A DNA stretch of 64,000 nucleotides from an uncultured Acidimicrobiaceae bacterium (GTDB taxonomy: Bacteria; Actinomycetota; Acidimicrobiia; Acidimicrobiales; UBA8592), in contig CAVQUE010000015.1 in NCBI GenBank assembly GCA_963716795.1, positions 754,069 through 818,068 of the forward strand, in the 5' to 3' direction. A model generated the notes under the pieces. It worked only from the letters and a program-made list of their open reading frames with translations. It was not told where the DNA came from and ran no database searches. A program made the translations under genes and the position numbers. How positions within the stretch are numbered: position 1 is the first letter of the stretch; every line of letters starts with the position of its first letter. Shown here in pieces: positions 51,088 to 63,742 of the stretch.

Positions 51088-51219
51088 CGCACGCACGGTA
51101 CCCGCCGTCACCCGACCAGAGCGGGAGATCGCGGCGTCGGATCGGTCGACTCGCTCCAGCCGCGCACGACCGGCGAAGGGGTACCTGCAACGAGCGGACC
51201 CACCAGCCAAGATGGCGCC

Positions 51220-52170
51220 ATGGACGACGCAGCGCTCGCCATCGACATCGGCGGCACCAAGGTCGCAGCGGGAGTCGTGACCTCCGACGGCGCGATCGTC
51301 GCCCGTCGTCGCCAGCCCACCGATCACTCCTCGGCCGAGGCGCTGTATGCGCAGGTGCTCGGTCTCGCCCGGGCAGTGCGTGCGGAGCTGTCCACCTCGG
51401 GCGACCACGGAGCCGTGGGCAGCGGCACCGGTTCGGTCGACGCCCGCGTCGCAGCACGCATCGTCGTGTGCGGCGTCGGCTGCGGCGGCCCCGCTCGCGA
51501 CCACCATCGGCTGATGTCGCCGCTCAACATCGCCGTGTGGCGTGACTTCCCCCTCCGGGACCGGCTGGGTGCCGATCTCGGCCTCGCGGTGCACGTCGAC
51601 AACGACGCCAAGGCGTTCACCCTCGCCGAGGGTTGGTTGGGCGCTGCGGCCGGCGTGGACGATTACCTGGCGATGGTCGTGTCGACAGGGGTCGGAGGGG
51701 GCATCGTCTCGGGCGGACGCCTCCTCGAGGGCGCCGACGGCAACGCTGGTCACATCGGGCATCTGTTCGTCGATCCCGATGGCGGCCCTGATGCGCTGGG
51801 TGTCCACGGCCTGCTCGAGGGCTCGGCGTCGGGGACGGCATCGCGCGAGCGACGGGTCGACCGGCGTCGGAGGCCGACGCATGCCGTACGTCGCCGAACC
51901 GGTGAGCTCGTCGGGCGGGCCGTGGCCGGCGTGGCGAATCTGTTGGATCTGCGCCTGGCGGTCGTCGGGGGCTCGGTGGCGCTGGGATTCGGTGACGACT
52001 TCTTCACCGCAGCGCAGGAGACGCTCGACGCCTTGTGCCGACTCGACCACTCCCGGGGCGCACGCATCGTGCCGGCCGGCCTGGGAGCCGATGCGCCGCT
52101 GGTCGGCGCAGCGGCGGTCGGCTTCTCCGGCTCGGCGATCTCGACGGCATGCGCCATCCCGCGGCGGTGA
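51220..52170 (+). CDS. ROK-family sugar kinase/regulator; may contain a compensated double frameshift around 51830-51890
   Basis: ALAIDIGGTKVAAGVV, VDNDAKAFTLAEGW, VVSTGVGGGIV..G....GADGNAGHIGH. The usual CxCGxxGCxE zinc motif and the following ASG..I segment are not readable in the annotated frame. Confidence 0.8.
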   Translation: MDDAALAIDIGGTKVAAGVVTSDGAIVARRRQPTDHSSAEALYAQVLGLARAVRAELSTSGDHGAVGSGTGSVDARVAARIVVCGVGCGGPARDHHRLMSPLNIAVWRDFPLRDRLGADLGLAVHVDNDAKAFTLAEGWLGAAAGVDDYLAMVVSTGVGGGIVSGGRLLEGADGNAGHIGHLFVDPDGGPDALGVHGLLEGSASGTASRERRVDRRRRPTHAVRRRTGELVGRAVAGVANLLDLRLAVVGGSVALGFGDDFFTAAQETLDALCRLDHSRGARIVPAGLGADAPLVGAAAVGFSGSAISTACAIPRR

Positions 52171-52209
52171 GCGTGCGCGACCACCGGCGCCTGCCCGGTC
52201 CGGGTCACC

Positions 52210-52945
52210 TCAGGTGAGGCGGCGATGGCCCTCGGTGAGAAACGCGACCGCTGTGGCCCGTGGGTCGTCGCTGGCTCGCAGCGCTCGGTAGCTCAGCTCG
52301 GCCCCGGCGAACCCAGCTGCGTTCCAATAGGGGTCGTCATCGATCTCGCCCCAGGCCCCCACGTACAGGTAGGGCTCGTCGTGGTCGGCGTCGCCGGGAG
52401 ATCCGCCGTAGGTGGCTCGCCGGCCGCTCGCTGCGTCACCGCTCTCGAGCGCCGGATCGAAGTGGCCTGGCCACAGCGTGATCGTGCTCGTGGCGTCCGC
52501 TGCCGTCGTCGTCGCAGCCAGATCGGCCAGGACGGTGGTCGCGAAGGCGAACCAGTCGGCGAGGAAGGTCGCGCTCGCATCGTCGACTGCGAGCGTCCGG
52601 TCGACGTCGCCCAGCGAACGGGCTGTCGTGTTCGGCCAGGGCACCGTCGAGCGTCACCCCGGCGAACGCTGCGGCCGCGGCCAGCGTCGACACGGGGCTG
52701 CGTCGGTGCTCGCTGCCATGTTCGACGACCAGCGAGGTCCCCTCGACCCGGACGCGCTGGGCGTCGCCGAAGGTCGGCGTGGCGAAACCCCCGGGCGCGG
52801 CCTCGAGGCCGATGCGGTCCGTCGCCGCCTGCCGTGCGGGCGCGACGACCCCGTAGGCGAGCCGGTGGAAGTCTTCTCGAGCGTCGCGGTAGCCATGGGG
52901 AACCGGCGACAACTCCGCAGGTGGCGTGACGGCGGGAGTGGTCAT
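52210..52945 (-). pseudogene. Hypothetical protein, one frameshift near 52640
   Basis: The 52436..52945 frame (MTTPAVTPPAELSPVPHGYRDAREDFHRLAYGVV...) continues into the 52210..52644 frame (...LADWFAFATTVLADLA..ITLWPGHFDPA...DEPYLYVGAW...). Confidence 0.5.
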
Positions 52946-52955
52946 GGGGAGCCTC

Positions 52956-53801
52956 TCAGTCCTCGTGGCGACGATCGCGAAGGAACGCTTCGAGTTCGGC
53001 AGCGATGTCGTCGCCGGTGGGGAGGATCTCGGACCGGTCGACCTCGGCCTCGAGACGCTGGACGTAGGCGGTCAGCTCCGGCGTCGTCGGCCGACGACCG
53101 CATCGATGCGCCGACGCCAGTCGTCGGCGGCGTAGGCCAGCGCGATCCGTGGTCGGTCACGATGCCGGTGACCAGCTCGAGCCGGGCCAGCAGCGACCGG
53201 GTGGCCTCGGGGTTCGGCGGGTTGGGGACGTAGTGCGGCATCGACACCCGAAGCGACACGACCGGCACGCCGGCGTCGTCGAGGCGGGTGTGCAGGGCGC
53301 CGACGAGTCCGGTCGGTCCCTCGTAGCTCGGGCGCCCGAGCCCGAGGCGATCGGCGACATCGCGTCGGCGGCGCTGCCGACCACACCGAGCGGCGCGGGT
53401 GTGCGGCGCCAGGCCGACCATCGCGCCGAGGGTGATGACCAGCTCGGCGCCGGTCGTCTCGGCGAGCTCGAGCAGGGCGTCGGCGAAGGTCCGCCAACGC
53501 AGGTGCGGCTCGACGCCCCGCACCAGCACCAGGTCGTGGGTGCCGCCGGGCGACGTCGGCGCGCGTAGGCGGTGGTGACGGGCCAGTCGATGACCCGGCG
53601 GCCGTCGTCGTCGAGACGGACGGTGGGCGGCGCCTGGGTGAAGTCGAAGAACACCTCCGGGTCGATGTCGGCGAACGGTACGGCTCGTGGCGGCGCACCA
53701 GCTGATCGACGGCGGCGGTGGCGGCCCCGGCGGCGTCGAACGAGCCCTTCGAGGGCGACGATGACCAGGGGTCGTACGCAGATCGACGGATTCGCTGCCA
53801 T
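52956..53801 (-). pseudogene. PAC2 (proteasome assembly chaperone 2-like) family protein, at least 4 frameshifts
   Basis: RPLVIVALEG / SFDAAGAATAAVDQLV / ADIDPEVFFDFTQAPPTV..DDGRRVIDWP / LVRGVEPHLRWRTFADALLELAETTGAELVITLGA / PSYEGPTGLVGALHTRLDDAGVPVVSLRVSMPHYV / ELTAYVQRLEAEVDRSEILPTGDDIAAELEAFLRDRRHED-stop at 52956. Confidence 0.65.
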
Positions 53802-53857
53802 CGGAGCTGGGTCATGAGCGACAGCTTCCCACATCGGCCGAGGTAGCCTCGGCCGCC

Positions 53858-54805
53858 ATGTCGTCAGCGCAGGTCCCGACGATCGCACCGCCGTCGACGA
53901 ACGGCCGCCGGCCCCGATGGTCGGTCATGATCCCGACCCACCAGTGTGCGGCGTACCTCGGCTCCGTGTCTCGAGAGCGTGCTGGACCAGCTCGGCGACC
54001 CAGGCTTCGAGTGCCGACGACGTCGAGATCGTCGTCGTCGACGACTGTTCCGACGATGCCCCCGAGGCCGTGGTCGAAGCCGAGTCGGGGACGGCCGGGT
54101 CCGACTTCTGCGCAACGAACGCAATCTCGGCGCGATCGGCAACTTCAACGCCTGCCTGGCAGCGGCGCAGGGTGAGATCGTGCACCTGCTCCACGGCGAC
54201 GACCTGTCGGCGCCGGGGTTCTACGCCGCGGCCTCCCGGGTGTTCTCCGAGCACGGTGAGGTCGGGAGCGTTCGTCGCTCGCACGACCTACATCGACGAA
54301 CACGGCGTCGCCGCCGAGACGACCCGCAGCGAGCGTGTCGGCTCCGGCCGCTGGCATGACGCCCTCGCGGTGCTGGCGGTGTCGAATCGGGTCCGGCCGC
54401 CCGGCGTGGCCGTCCGGCACTCGGCACTCGAGGCCGTCGGCGGGTTCCGCACCGATCTTCCCCACGCGGCCGATTGGGAGATGTGGGCCCGCCTCGCCGC
54501 TCTCGGCCCGGTGTGGTTCGAGGATCGGTCGCTGGCCCGTTACCGCCGCCACTCGGCGTCGGATACTGCCGGGCGGGTGCTCTCGGGCGAGAACATCACC
54601 GAACGGCTGCGGTGCATCGACATCGTCTCCGAATCCGTCGACGCGGACCGCCGTGCGTCGCTGGCGCGTCGGGCGCGGGGCTATTCGGCTCTGTTCGCCG
54701 CGGCGTACGGGGGTCGGCCTCGTGCGCAGCGGCCACGTCGCCGGCGCAGGGCACCAACTGGCCGCCGCGGCCCGCAGCCTGGCGGCGGCCGTGACGACCC
54801 GCTGA
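53858..54805 (+). pseudogene. Family 2 glycosyltransferase, at least 4 frameshifts
   Basis: WSVMIPTHQCAAYLG / LESVLDQ / DVEIVVVDDCSDD / LRNERNLGAIGNFNACLAAAQGEIVHLLHGDD / ...FRTDLPHAADWEMWARLA..RYRRH. Pieces alternate among three plus frames. Confidence 0.7.
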
Positions 54806-54827
54806 CCGGGTCCGGCACCGCCGGCCC

Positions 54828-56540
54828 TCACCAGTCGACGGGGCGGTCCGGCGCACCCACGTAGAGCACCGACTCGGTGCGCTCGCGGTCGAAGGCCCAG
54901 TGATAGTAGGGCTCGTCGGTGAGTTCGTCCCGGCGTCTGCTGGCGAGTCGGTCCCACTCGTCGGCCGACCAGGTGGTCGGGTCGAAGCCCGTTGCGTCGG
55001 TGACGAAGGTCGCGAGTGGGGCGTAGACGGTTCGGGCGATCGGGGTGACGGCGATCGACGCGTCGATCATCGCGATCGGACCGGCGAGGGTGTCGGTGAG
55101 TCCGCCGGCCCTGCGGAGATCGTCGATTCGCCACGCACAGGCGTGGGGATGCACGAGGCTGACATTGCGGTGGGTGACGGTGAGCGCGAGGTAGCCCGGC
55201 GTGTCGCGTCGGGCGCCCTCGTAGACCGACACCGGCGGCCCGGTGGGGGACCGCACCAGTCCGGCGTGCCGCAGCCATCCGCCCGACGAGACGACCCGGC
55301 CGGTCACCGCAGCGATGTGGGGGAGCGCGAACCAGGCGAGCAGTTCGTCGATGCATCCGTCGTCTTCGGGTTCGACCCCGGGACCGAGCACGACGAGGAA
55401 GTCGGCGTCGGAGCCGTCGACCGCAGCCGCGACCTGCTCGCGATAGCGGGTGTCGTCGTCGACCCGCACGATCTCGGACCGGACGTCGTGGCGGGCCAGC
55501 CGGACGCGGTAGCTGCCGCGCCACGCCAGGGGGTTCTCCTCGGCCACAGCGTCGATGCCCCGTCGCTCGAGCGCCTCGGCGAGCGCGGCCACACCGGCAG
55601 CGAAGATCTCGGGTTTGGCCTCGGGCAACAGGGCCATCGAGCCCTCGTGCTGGCGCCAGTGGTAGAGAACCCGCGGGATCTGCGCGACGTTGGCTGTCTG
55701 TTCGCTCGCCCGCAACGCCAGGTCGAAATCCTGGGAGCCCTCGAACGCAGGCCGGTACCCGCCGAGCGCCACCGCCAGCGTGCGCCGGTACACGGTGAAG
55801 TGGAACAGGTAGTTGCCGGCGAGCAGGGTCTCGGGTGCCCAGCCGGGCTTCAGCGTGTGGTTGCACCGCACGTTCTTCGGCGAGAGCATGTCGCGATCGC
55901 TGTAGACGAGGTCGACGGTGGGGTCGTTCGAGACCACCGCCGCCACGTGATGCAGCGCGTCGGGCGACAACCGGTCGTCGTGGTCGACGAAGCCGACATA
56001 GTCACCCACCGCCATCTCGATGCCGGCGTTGGTGGCCCCGCAGATCCCCTGGTTGGTGTCGAGCCGCTCGAGGCGGATACGGGGATCGGCGGCGACGACG
56101 CCTTCCAACTCGGCGAGGGTCTCGGGGTCGGTACTGGCGTCGTCGACGAGACACAGTTCCCAGTACGGGTAGCTCTGGGCCCGGATGCTGTACACGCACT
56201 CGCGCAGGAAGTCCGTCGGGGTGTCGTGGACGGGGGTGACGATGCTGAGCAGCGGCCGATCGTCCTCGGGGCGCTCGAGCGCCTGGCGGCGCTGGTCGAG
56301 CCAGTCGTCGCGGGTCACGAAGGAATGATGGAAACACCACGCCTGGTAGTCGAGGGGCGTGGCCACGGCCCAGGCGCGCAGTTGGTCCTCCGACGGCACC
56401 GCGTCGCCCAGCGAGCCGGCCAGGTCGATGCGGTCGCGCACCGACTCCGGCAGCGCCGCGGCACGCATCCCGAGGGCACGGATGGTCTCACGGCGAACCT
56501 GGAACAGCGTCTTCTTCAGGGCATCCTGCGGTCGGGCCAC
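54828..56540 (-). CDS. Large glycosyltransferase: GT2 catalytic domain plus a second GT-A-like domain
   Basis: LLSIVTPVHDTPTDFLRECVYSIRAQSYPYWELCLVDDAS...NQGICGATNAGIEMAVGDYVGFVDHDD...GSQDFDLALR. Start tentatively GTG 56540, because the 5' part of the 660-aa ORF overlaps sufT. Confidence 0.8.
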   Translation of the reverse strand: MARPQDALKKTLFQVRRETIRALGMRAAALPESVRDRIDLAGSLGDAVPSEDQLRAWAVATPLDYQAWCFHHSFVTRDDWLDQRRQALERPEDDRPLLSIVTPVHDTPTDFLRECVYSIRAQSYPYWELCLVDDASTDPETLAELEGVVAADPRIRLERLDTNQGICGATNAGIEMAVGDYVGFVDHDDRLSPDALHHVAAVVSNDPTVDLVYSDRDMLSPKNVRCNHTLKPGWAPETLLAGNYLFHFTVYRRTLAVALGGYRPAFEGSQDFDLALRASEQTANVAQIPRVLYHWRQHEGSMALLPEAKPEIFAAGVAALAEALERRGIDAVAEENPLAWRGSYRVRLARHDVRSEIVRVDDDTRYREQVAAAVDGSDADFLVVLGPGVEPEDDGCIDELLAWFALPHIAAVTGRVVSSGGWLRHAGLVRSPTGPPVSVYEGARRDTPGYLALTVTHRNVSLVHPHACAWRIDDLRRAGGLTDTLAGPIAMIDASIAVTPIARTVYAPLATFVTDATGFDPTTWSADEWDRLASRRRDELTDEPYYHWAFDRERTESVLYVGAPDRPVDW

Positions 56541-56617
56541 ACCACATCTTGGCCCATGGCCGCCGCCATCTGGCGCAGGGACGCTGGTGCCCGGCCGTCG
56601 TGGGGCGGTGGGCTCGC

Positions 56618-57202
56618 CTACATCATCCCCAGTTCGAGCCGGGCCACGTCGGAGAGACGAGAGGCGTCCCACGGCGGATCGAACACCAGCGAGACGCTCA
56701 CCGCATGGACACCGGGAATGGCGGCGACGGCATCGTGGAGGTCTTGGCGCAAGATGTCGCCCATGCCGCAGAACGGAGCCGTGACCGACATGTCGATGTC
56801 GACGACCCATCCCCGGTCGGGGAGCTCGTCGGCGTCGACGCGGTAGACCAGGCCGAGTTCGACGATGTCGACGGGGATCTCGGGGTCATAGACGGTGGCT
56901 GCGGCTTCCCACACCTTGTCGATGTGGAACGGCGTCGCGTCGCCGTCGGCGCTCGTGGCCGGGGCCTCCACCAGGCCGAAATCGACCGAGTCCGCCGGGG
57001 TGAGGCGCGCCATCTCGCCGTCGGCGGTGGTGACGGTGGCGGTTCCGCCCAGCGCCTGGAGCAGCGTGACTCGTGTGCCGGCGGCGAGGGTGGTCTTGTG
57101 TCCGGCCGGCACGATGGTCACGTCGCAGTCGCGCTCGAGCACGAACACCCGCGACGAGCCGATGCTCACCTGTTGTTCGGACACGGGGCGCTGATCAGCC
57201 AT
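56618..57202 (-). CDS. sufT: SufT-type Fe-S assembly protein (N-terminal domain plus DUF59/MIP18)
   Basis: ATG 57202 behind GGGAGA. ...VWEAAATVYDPEIPVDIVELGLVY...DMSVTAPFCGMGDIL.... Confidence 0.85.
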   Translation of the reverse strand: MADQRPVSEQQVSIGSSRVFVLERDCDVTIVPAGHKTTLAAGTRVTLLQALGGTATVTTADGEMARLTPADSVDFGLVEAPATSADGDATPFHIDKVWEAAATVYDPEIPVDIVELGLVYRVDADELPDRGWVVDIDMSVTAPFCGMGDILRQDLHDAVAAIPGVHAVSVSLVFDPPWDASRLSDVARLELGMM

Positions 57203-58441
57203 CGTGGTCTCCCAGCCGGTGGGCGATCCATGCCTGCACGACCTCGTTGTCGACGGTGCCGACGGCCTCGTCGGCGAAACCGCGAATGAGCAGCTGCCGT
57301 GCCGTTGCCTCGCCGATACCGCGGGTCCGGAGGTAGTACAGGGCGGTCTCGTCGAGCTGGCCGACGGTGGCGCCGTGTTTGCAGCTGACCTCGTCGGCGA
57401 GGATCTCCAGTCGCGGCTGGGTGTTGGCCTCGGCTCGGTCGGACAGCAACAGGTTGTCGTTGGCCTGCTCGGCATCGGTGCCGTCGGCGCCGGGGCGCAC
57501 GTCGATGCCTCCGTTGAACACGCCGGTGCTCTCGTCGTCGAGGACGCTGCGGAAGCGTTGGCGACTCACGCAGTTCGGGGCAGCGTGGACGATGGTGATC
57601 TGGTGATCGAGGGTCTGCGAGCCGGTTCCGAAGCACAGCCCCGACAGTTCGGCGCGGGCGCCGTCGCCGGCGAGTTCGACGTCGTAGACGATGCGGCCGT
57701 AGGCGCCACCGAGGTTGAACGACTGTGACCGAAACGTCGACCCCGACTCCTGGGTCGCGGCGATCCGTCCCAGATGGACCTGGTTCGCGGCAACGTCCTG
57801 GAGTACGACGTGGTCGAGTGAGGCATCGGCGCCGAGGATGACCGTGGTCCGGTTGTTGGTACCGCCGGCGGTGCCGTCGCCGATGCTCGTCTCGACCACC
57901 GAGGCCGATGCCCCGGCACCGAGACGGATGACGACGCCGCTGCACGAGGTGCGTTCGGAGCTGTCGGCCGATGCGATGTGCACCACGTGGACCGGCGCGT
58001 CGAGCGTGACGTCGGCGGCCACATCGATGACGGCGCCGTCATGGCCGAAGGCGGCGTTGAGGGCCGAGAACGCGTCCGGGGCATCGTCGGTGCCGTGGTC
58101 GTGATGCGCTGCGACCAGCTGTGGTCGTTCCTGCGCAGCGATGGCGAGGCTGGAGAGGACCAGACCAGCAGCTGCGCCATGGAGGTCCGAGAGCGCGGCG
58201 TCGACGACGCCGTCGACGATCACGATCCGTGGACCATCGAGGGCAGGAATCGCGTCGACCAGCGCGGGTGCCGGCGATGCCGGTGACTGCGGCGATGGCC
58301 CGAACGACAACCCACCCAGCAGCGCATGCGGGGCATAGCGCCACGCTTCGTCGCGCCTGGTCGGGTAGACGAGCGACGCCACCGGGTCCGTGGGATCGGG
58401 TTCTGCGGTGTCGGGACGATGAGCCGTCGAGGAGCCGGCGC

Positions 58442-58445
<4 letters not shown>
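57195..58445 (-). CDS. sufD: Fe-S cluster assembly protein SufD
   Basis: 416 aa. ...HAAPNCVSRQRFRSVL...ANTQPRLEILADEVSCKHGATVGQLDETALYYLRTRGI. Confidence 0.9.
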
Positions 58446-60669
<2,224 letters not shown>

Positions 60670-60761
60670 CGGGTGTCCGTTCCTTCAGCGGTGTTTGATC
60701 GCAGCAGCCGTGTCGTGCCCACGGGTCTCGGTGGGCGGAGTGCCCTGTTCGTTGCGGGCAT

Positions 60762-61025
60762 CTAGGCGACGTCGATGAAGATGCATTCGCCGGGGCATTC
60801 CTCGGCGGCCTCGATGACCCGTTCGATCCCGTCGTCGGGGATACGGGCCATACCTTCGGAGCCGGCAGGGTTGGCAGCTCCGTCGAAGAGCTTCTCGGTG
60901 ACGAAGTTATCCGCCGATTCCTTGACGTAGAACAGTCCGTCGTCCATGCCGAAGAAGACGTCTGGGGCGATCTCCTCGCAGAGGCCGTCTCCGGTGCACA
61001 GATCCTGGTCGATCCAGACTTTCAC
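60762..61025 (-). CDS. Small ferredoxin (single-cluster, Cx2Dx2C...CP type)
   Basis: GTG 61025 behind GAAGGA. VKVWIDQDLCTGDGLCEEIAPDVF...AAEECPGECIFI. Confidence 0.8.
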   Translation of the reverse strand: MKVWIDQDLCTGDGLCEEIAPDVFFGMDDGLFYVKESADNFVTEKLFDGAANPAGSEGMARIPDDGIERVIEAAEECPGECIFIDVA

Positions 61026-61099
61026 AGTGGTCCTTCGGCTCGTCGGCGCTCGGCTGGTGATCGCCGAGTCGGCACGCAACGGTCGATGCCGTCACGAGG

Positions 61100-61150
61100 A
61101 TGCACTGTACCTGCGTTATGCCAGATACGCATTGCGAAACTACCGAAATC
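61100..61150. promoter_or_regulatory. Relatively AT-rich divergent promoter region between ferredoxin-suf and sufR, with short palindromes; candidate SufR operator
   Basis: GCGTTATGCCAGATACGC (61113-61130, GCGT-N10-ACGC) overlaps CGCATTGCG (61128-61136). Called on position and dyad symmetry only. Confidence 0.25.
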
Positions 61151-61175
61151 GGTCGTTCGCTGCTAACCTCCGATC

Positions 61176-61820
61176 ATGCACGCCACGGCCCCAGCGCCTT
61201 CGCCGACCCAGCGACGGGTTCTGGTCGCGCTGAAGCGGTTGGGCGAGGCGACCGCCGACGAGTTGGCGGCCGCCCTGGAGATCTCCTCGAGTGCCGTCCG
61301 CCAACACATGGGTGCGCTGCGCTCCGCCGGTCTCGTCGCTGCCCACAAGGACCGCGGCCAGCCAGGACGCCCCGCCGATCGCTATCACGCCACCGAACTC
61401 GCGGAGACGTTGTTCGTCACCAGCGGCACCGACCTCGCGATCGAGATCCTCCGAGACGTCGAAGACGAGGACCCGGCGATCGTCGACCGCATCTTCGACC
61501 GACGCCGCCGGCGACTGGTCGAGGACGCAAGCGCATCCGCGACAGGCCGCTCGATCGAGGACCAGGTCCACTTCGCGACCCGACTCCTCGACAATCAAGG
61601 CTTCCTCGCGGATCTCGAACGCGTCGACGACGACCGGTACCACCTGCACCTGCACAGCTGTGCCATCTGGCCCGTCGCCAGCCGCTACCGCCAGGCCTGT
61701 ACCACCGAACTCGAGTTCCTCCGCGCCCTGATCCCGGACGGAACCGTCGAACGGGTCACGCACAAGACATCGGGCGCCCACACCTGCACCTACGTGATCA
61801 GCACTGCCCCGACCGAGTGA
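61176..61820 (+). CDS. sufR: SufR-like ArsR-family transcriptional regulator of the suf operon
   Basis: N-terminal wHTH RRVLVALKRLGEATADELAAALEISSSAVRQHMGALRSAGLV. C-terminal Cys triad (HSCAIWP...ACTTELEF...HTCTY). Divergent to the suf operon. Confidence 0.85.
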   Translation: MHATAPAPSPTQRRVLVALKRLGEATADELAAALEISSSAVRQHMGALRSAGLVAAHKDRGQPGRPADRYHATELAETLFVTSGTDLAIEILRDVEDEDPAIVDRIFDRRRRRLVEDASASATGRSIEDQVHFATRLLDNQGFLADLERVDDDRYHLHLHSCAIWPVASRYRQACTTELEFLRALIPDGTVERVTHKTSGAHTCTYVISTAPTE

Positions 61821-61852
61821 GCGGGCTGCCCGCCCGATGACGGGGCCGGGGC

Positions 61853-63742
61853 TCAATCCGGCAGCGGTGCAGTGCTGGGTGCATCGCCCGAGGGCCGATG
61901 TCGTTCGTCCTGTTCGGCGAAGGTGGCGTCCCAGAACGGCTGCCACGGCCGCTCGCCCTGACCTTCGAGGACGCGGAGTTCGTCGTTGGGGCCGATCCGC
62001 GCCCACGCCTTCGTGAACCTGCGCCACAGGTCGCGCTCGACGTCGGGGCGTCGTTCGAGCTCCGCGATCTGGCCGTCCGCGACCACGACGTGGTACCGGT
62101 CGAGCGCCGCGAGCGACCACGCGGGGTCGTTGGCCTGGCGCACGGTCGCGTCAGCATCGGGCGCGGGGGAGCGACGCATCCGCTCGGCCATCACGCGGGC
62201 TCGTTTCGGTGCCCGCGCCGCCGCTGCGATCCTCGATGGCCGTGCGGGGGCCTTGGTGGCCGTCCCCGACCGCCGCTCCGGCTCGGGCGCGACGCCGGGT
62301 TCGTGACGCATGACCGGGCCGATGTCGTCTGTGACCTCGCGGCATCGTCGCAGTTCGGCATCGGTGGTGGCCACGCAGGCCTCGGCGCCCGACAGGTAGT
62401 CCTCCATGGCCATCACCGTGAAGGCAGCGGAGTGATAGCGCGACCGGACGATGTTGCCGAAGAATGATCGCAACAGATGCTGGCGCAGGGCGGGCCAGGT
62501 CGCGACCTCGCGCAGCGATGCCATCGCCAGCAGGTTCCGATTCTCGAAGTACTGCTGCCAACCGCCGAGCTTCGCATAGAAGGGCTCGTGCCAGACGCCG
62601 ATGCCGGTGACGGTGACGGTGCGTACGCCCCCTTGTCGGAGGCGGATCCCGTATTCGATGTCGTCGCCCCGGATGAAGCAGGGGAGCGGGAGGCCGACCC
62701 GGGCGATGTCGTTCGCAGCCACGGCGAAGAACCACCATCCGTTGTAATCGGGCTCTGGTCGATCCATGAGATCGGTCATCGAGTCCGGATCGGCGAGATC
62801 GAGGTCGTGCAGGATCGGTCGCGGCAGCAGGTTGGCGGCATCGAGCTGGGCGCCTGCCTCATAGAGATGCGTCGGGTGGAACAGATCGAGCATCGCCCCG
62901 CCGAGGGCCACGCCATCGTGGGCGTGGCCCAGGAAGGCGATTGCCCGGGCCAGCGATTCGGCGTGGAGTTCGATGTCGTCGTCGAGCAGCACCACATGGG
63001 TCAGTTCCGGCGAACGGTTCGTCTCCCACATGCCGCGGCTGAAGCCACCGCAGCCCCCGAGGTTGTCCTGGTGGATCAGCTGCAGACGCGACTCGAGCGC
63101 CGAACCGGCGACCTCCGGGAACGCCGACAGATCGAATGGATCGCCCTGGTTGACGATCGTCACCCGGGCCACGGTCTCGGCCAGCGTCGGGTGCTCGACG
63201 ATCGCCGCAAGGATGGGGCGCAGGTAGGCGAGGCGGTTGAACGTGCAGAACACGACGTTGGCGGCGACCTCGGTGCAGCCGTCGGGTGTCGTCCATGCGG
63301 CCTCGACGATCTCGAGATCGTCGACTGCCTCGACCTCGAACCACACGCGCCCGGCTTCAGCACGGAAGGCGTCGCCGCGGCCGAACGCGACGACGACGGT
63401 GTCGTCGGTCGCAACGGTGTCGAACAGCTGGTACTCGTCGAGCTGGGGGGTTTCTCGCTTGACGACGAGGCGTCCGGTGCCGCGCCACCGAATCCGGAGC
63501 TCGACGTGGTCGATCGAGGTGTGCGCGAACCAGGACCGTTCGGGGAAGACCGAGAACCAGGTGTCAAACGATGCGATGACCCCACGGGGTACCGCGAGCG
63601 ACGCACCGTCGTCGCTGACGAGGGCGACGAGTTCCTCGCCGAGCAGACCCTGGTGGAAGAGCGCGGCGCGAGCGGGATCGGTGGCGAACTCGATCCGTTG
63701 CAACACTCGCAGGTCATCCGAGCTGTGCTGATCAGCGGTCAT
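61853..63742 (-). CDS. GlfT2-like polymerising glycosyltransferase (galactofuranosyltransferase-type GT2)
   Basis: ...VVFCTFNRLAYL...IVNQGDP...IHQDNLGGCGGFSRGM...VVLLDDDIE...NGWWFFAV...PCFIRGDDIEYGIR...WHEPFY. Start at ATG 63742 or 63754. Confidence 0.8.
   Translation of the reverse strand: MTADQHSSDDLRVLQRIEFATDPARAALFHQGLLGEELVALVSDDGASLAVPRGVIASFDTWFSVFPERSWFAHTSIDHVELRIRWRGTGRLVVKRETPQLDEYQLFDTVATDDTVVVAFGRGDAFRAEAGRVWFEVEAVDDLEIVEAAWTTPDGCTEVAANVVFCTFNRLAYLRPILAAIVEHPTLAETVARVTIVNQGDPFDLSAFPEVAGSALESRLQLIHQDNLGGCGGFSRGMWETNRSPELTHVVLLDDDIELHAESLARAIAFLGHAHDGVALGGAMLDLFHPTHLYEAGAQLDAANLLPRPILHDLDLADPDSMTDLMDRPEPDYNGWWFFAVAANDIARVGLPLPCFIRGDDIEYGIRLRQGGVRTVTVTGIGVWHEPFYAKLGGWQQYFENRNLLAMASLREVATWPALRQHLLRSFFGNIVRSRYHSAAFTVMAMEDYLSGAEACVATTDAELRRCREVTDDIGPVMRHEPGVAPEPERRSGTATKAPARPSRIAAAARAPKRARVMAERMRRSPAPDADATVRQANDPAWSLAALDRYHVVVADGQIAELERRPDVERDLWRRFTKAWARIGPNDELRVLEGQGERPWQPFWDATFAEQDERHRPSGDAPSTAPLPD

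Noticed and set aside
51780-51900. ROK protein genuinely lacking its zinc-binding Cys motif
   Set aside because: The region lies in the frameshift-dense tract, and an alternative frame reads GDGIARATGRPASEADA, which fits ROK proteins better. This is probably compensating indels rather than biology.
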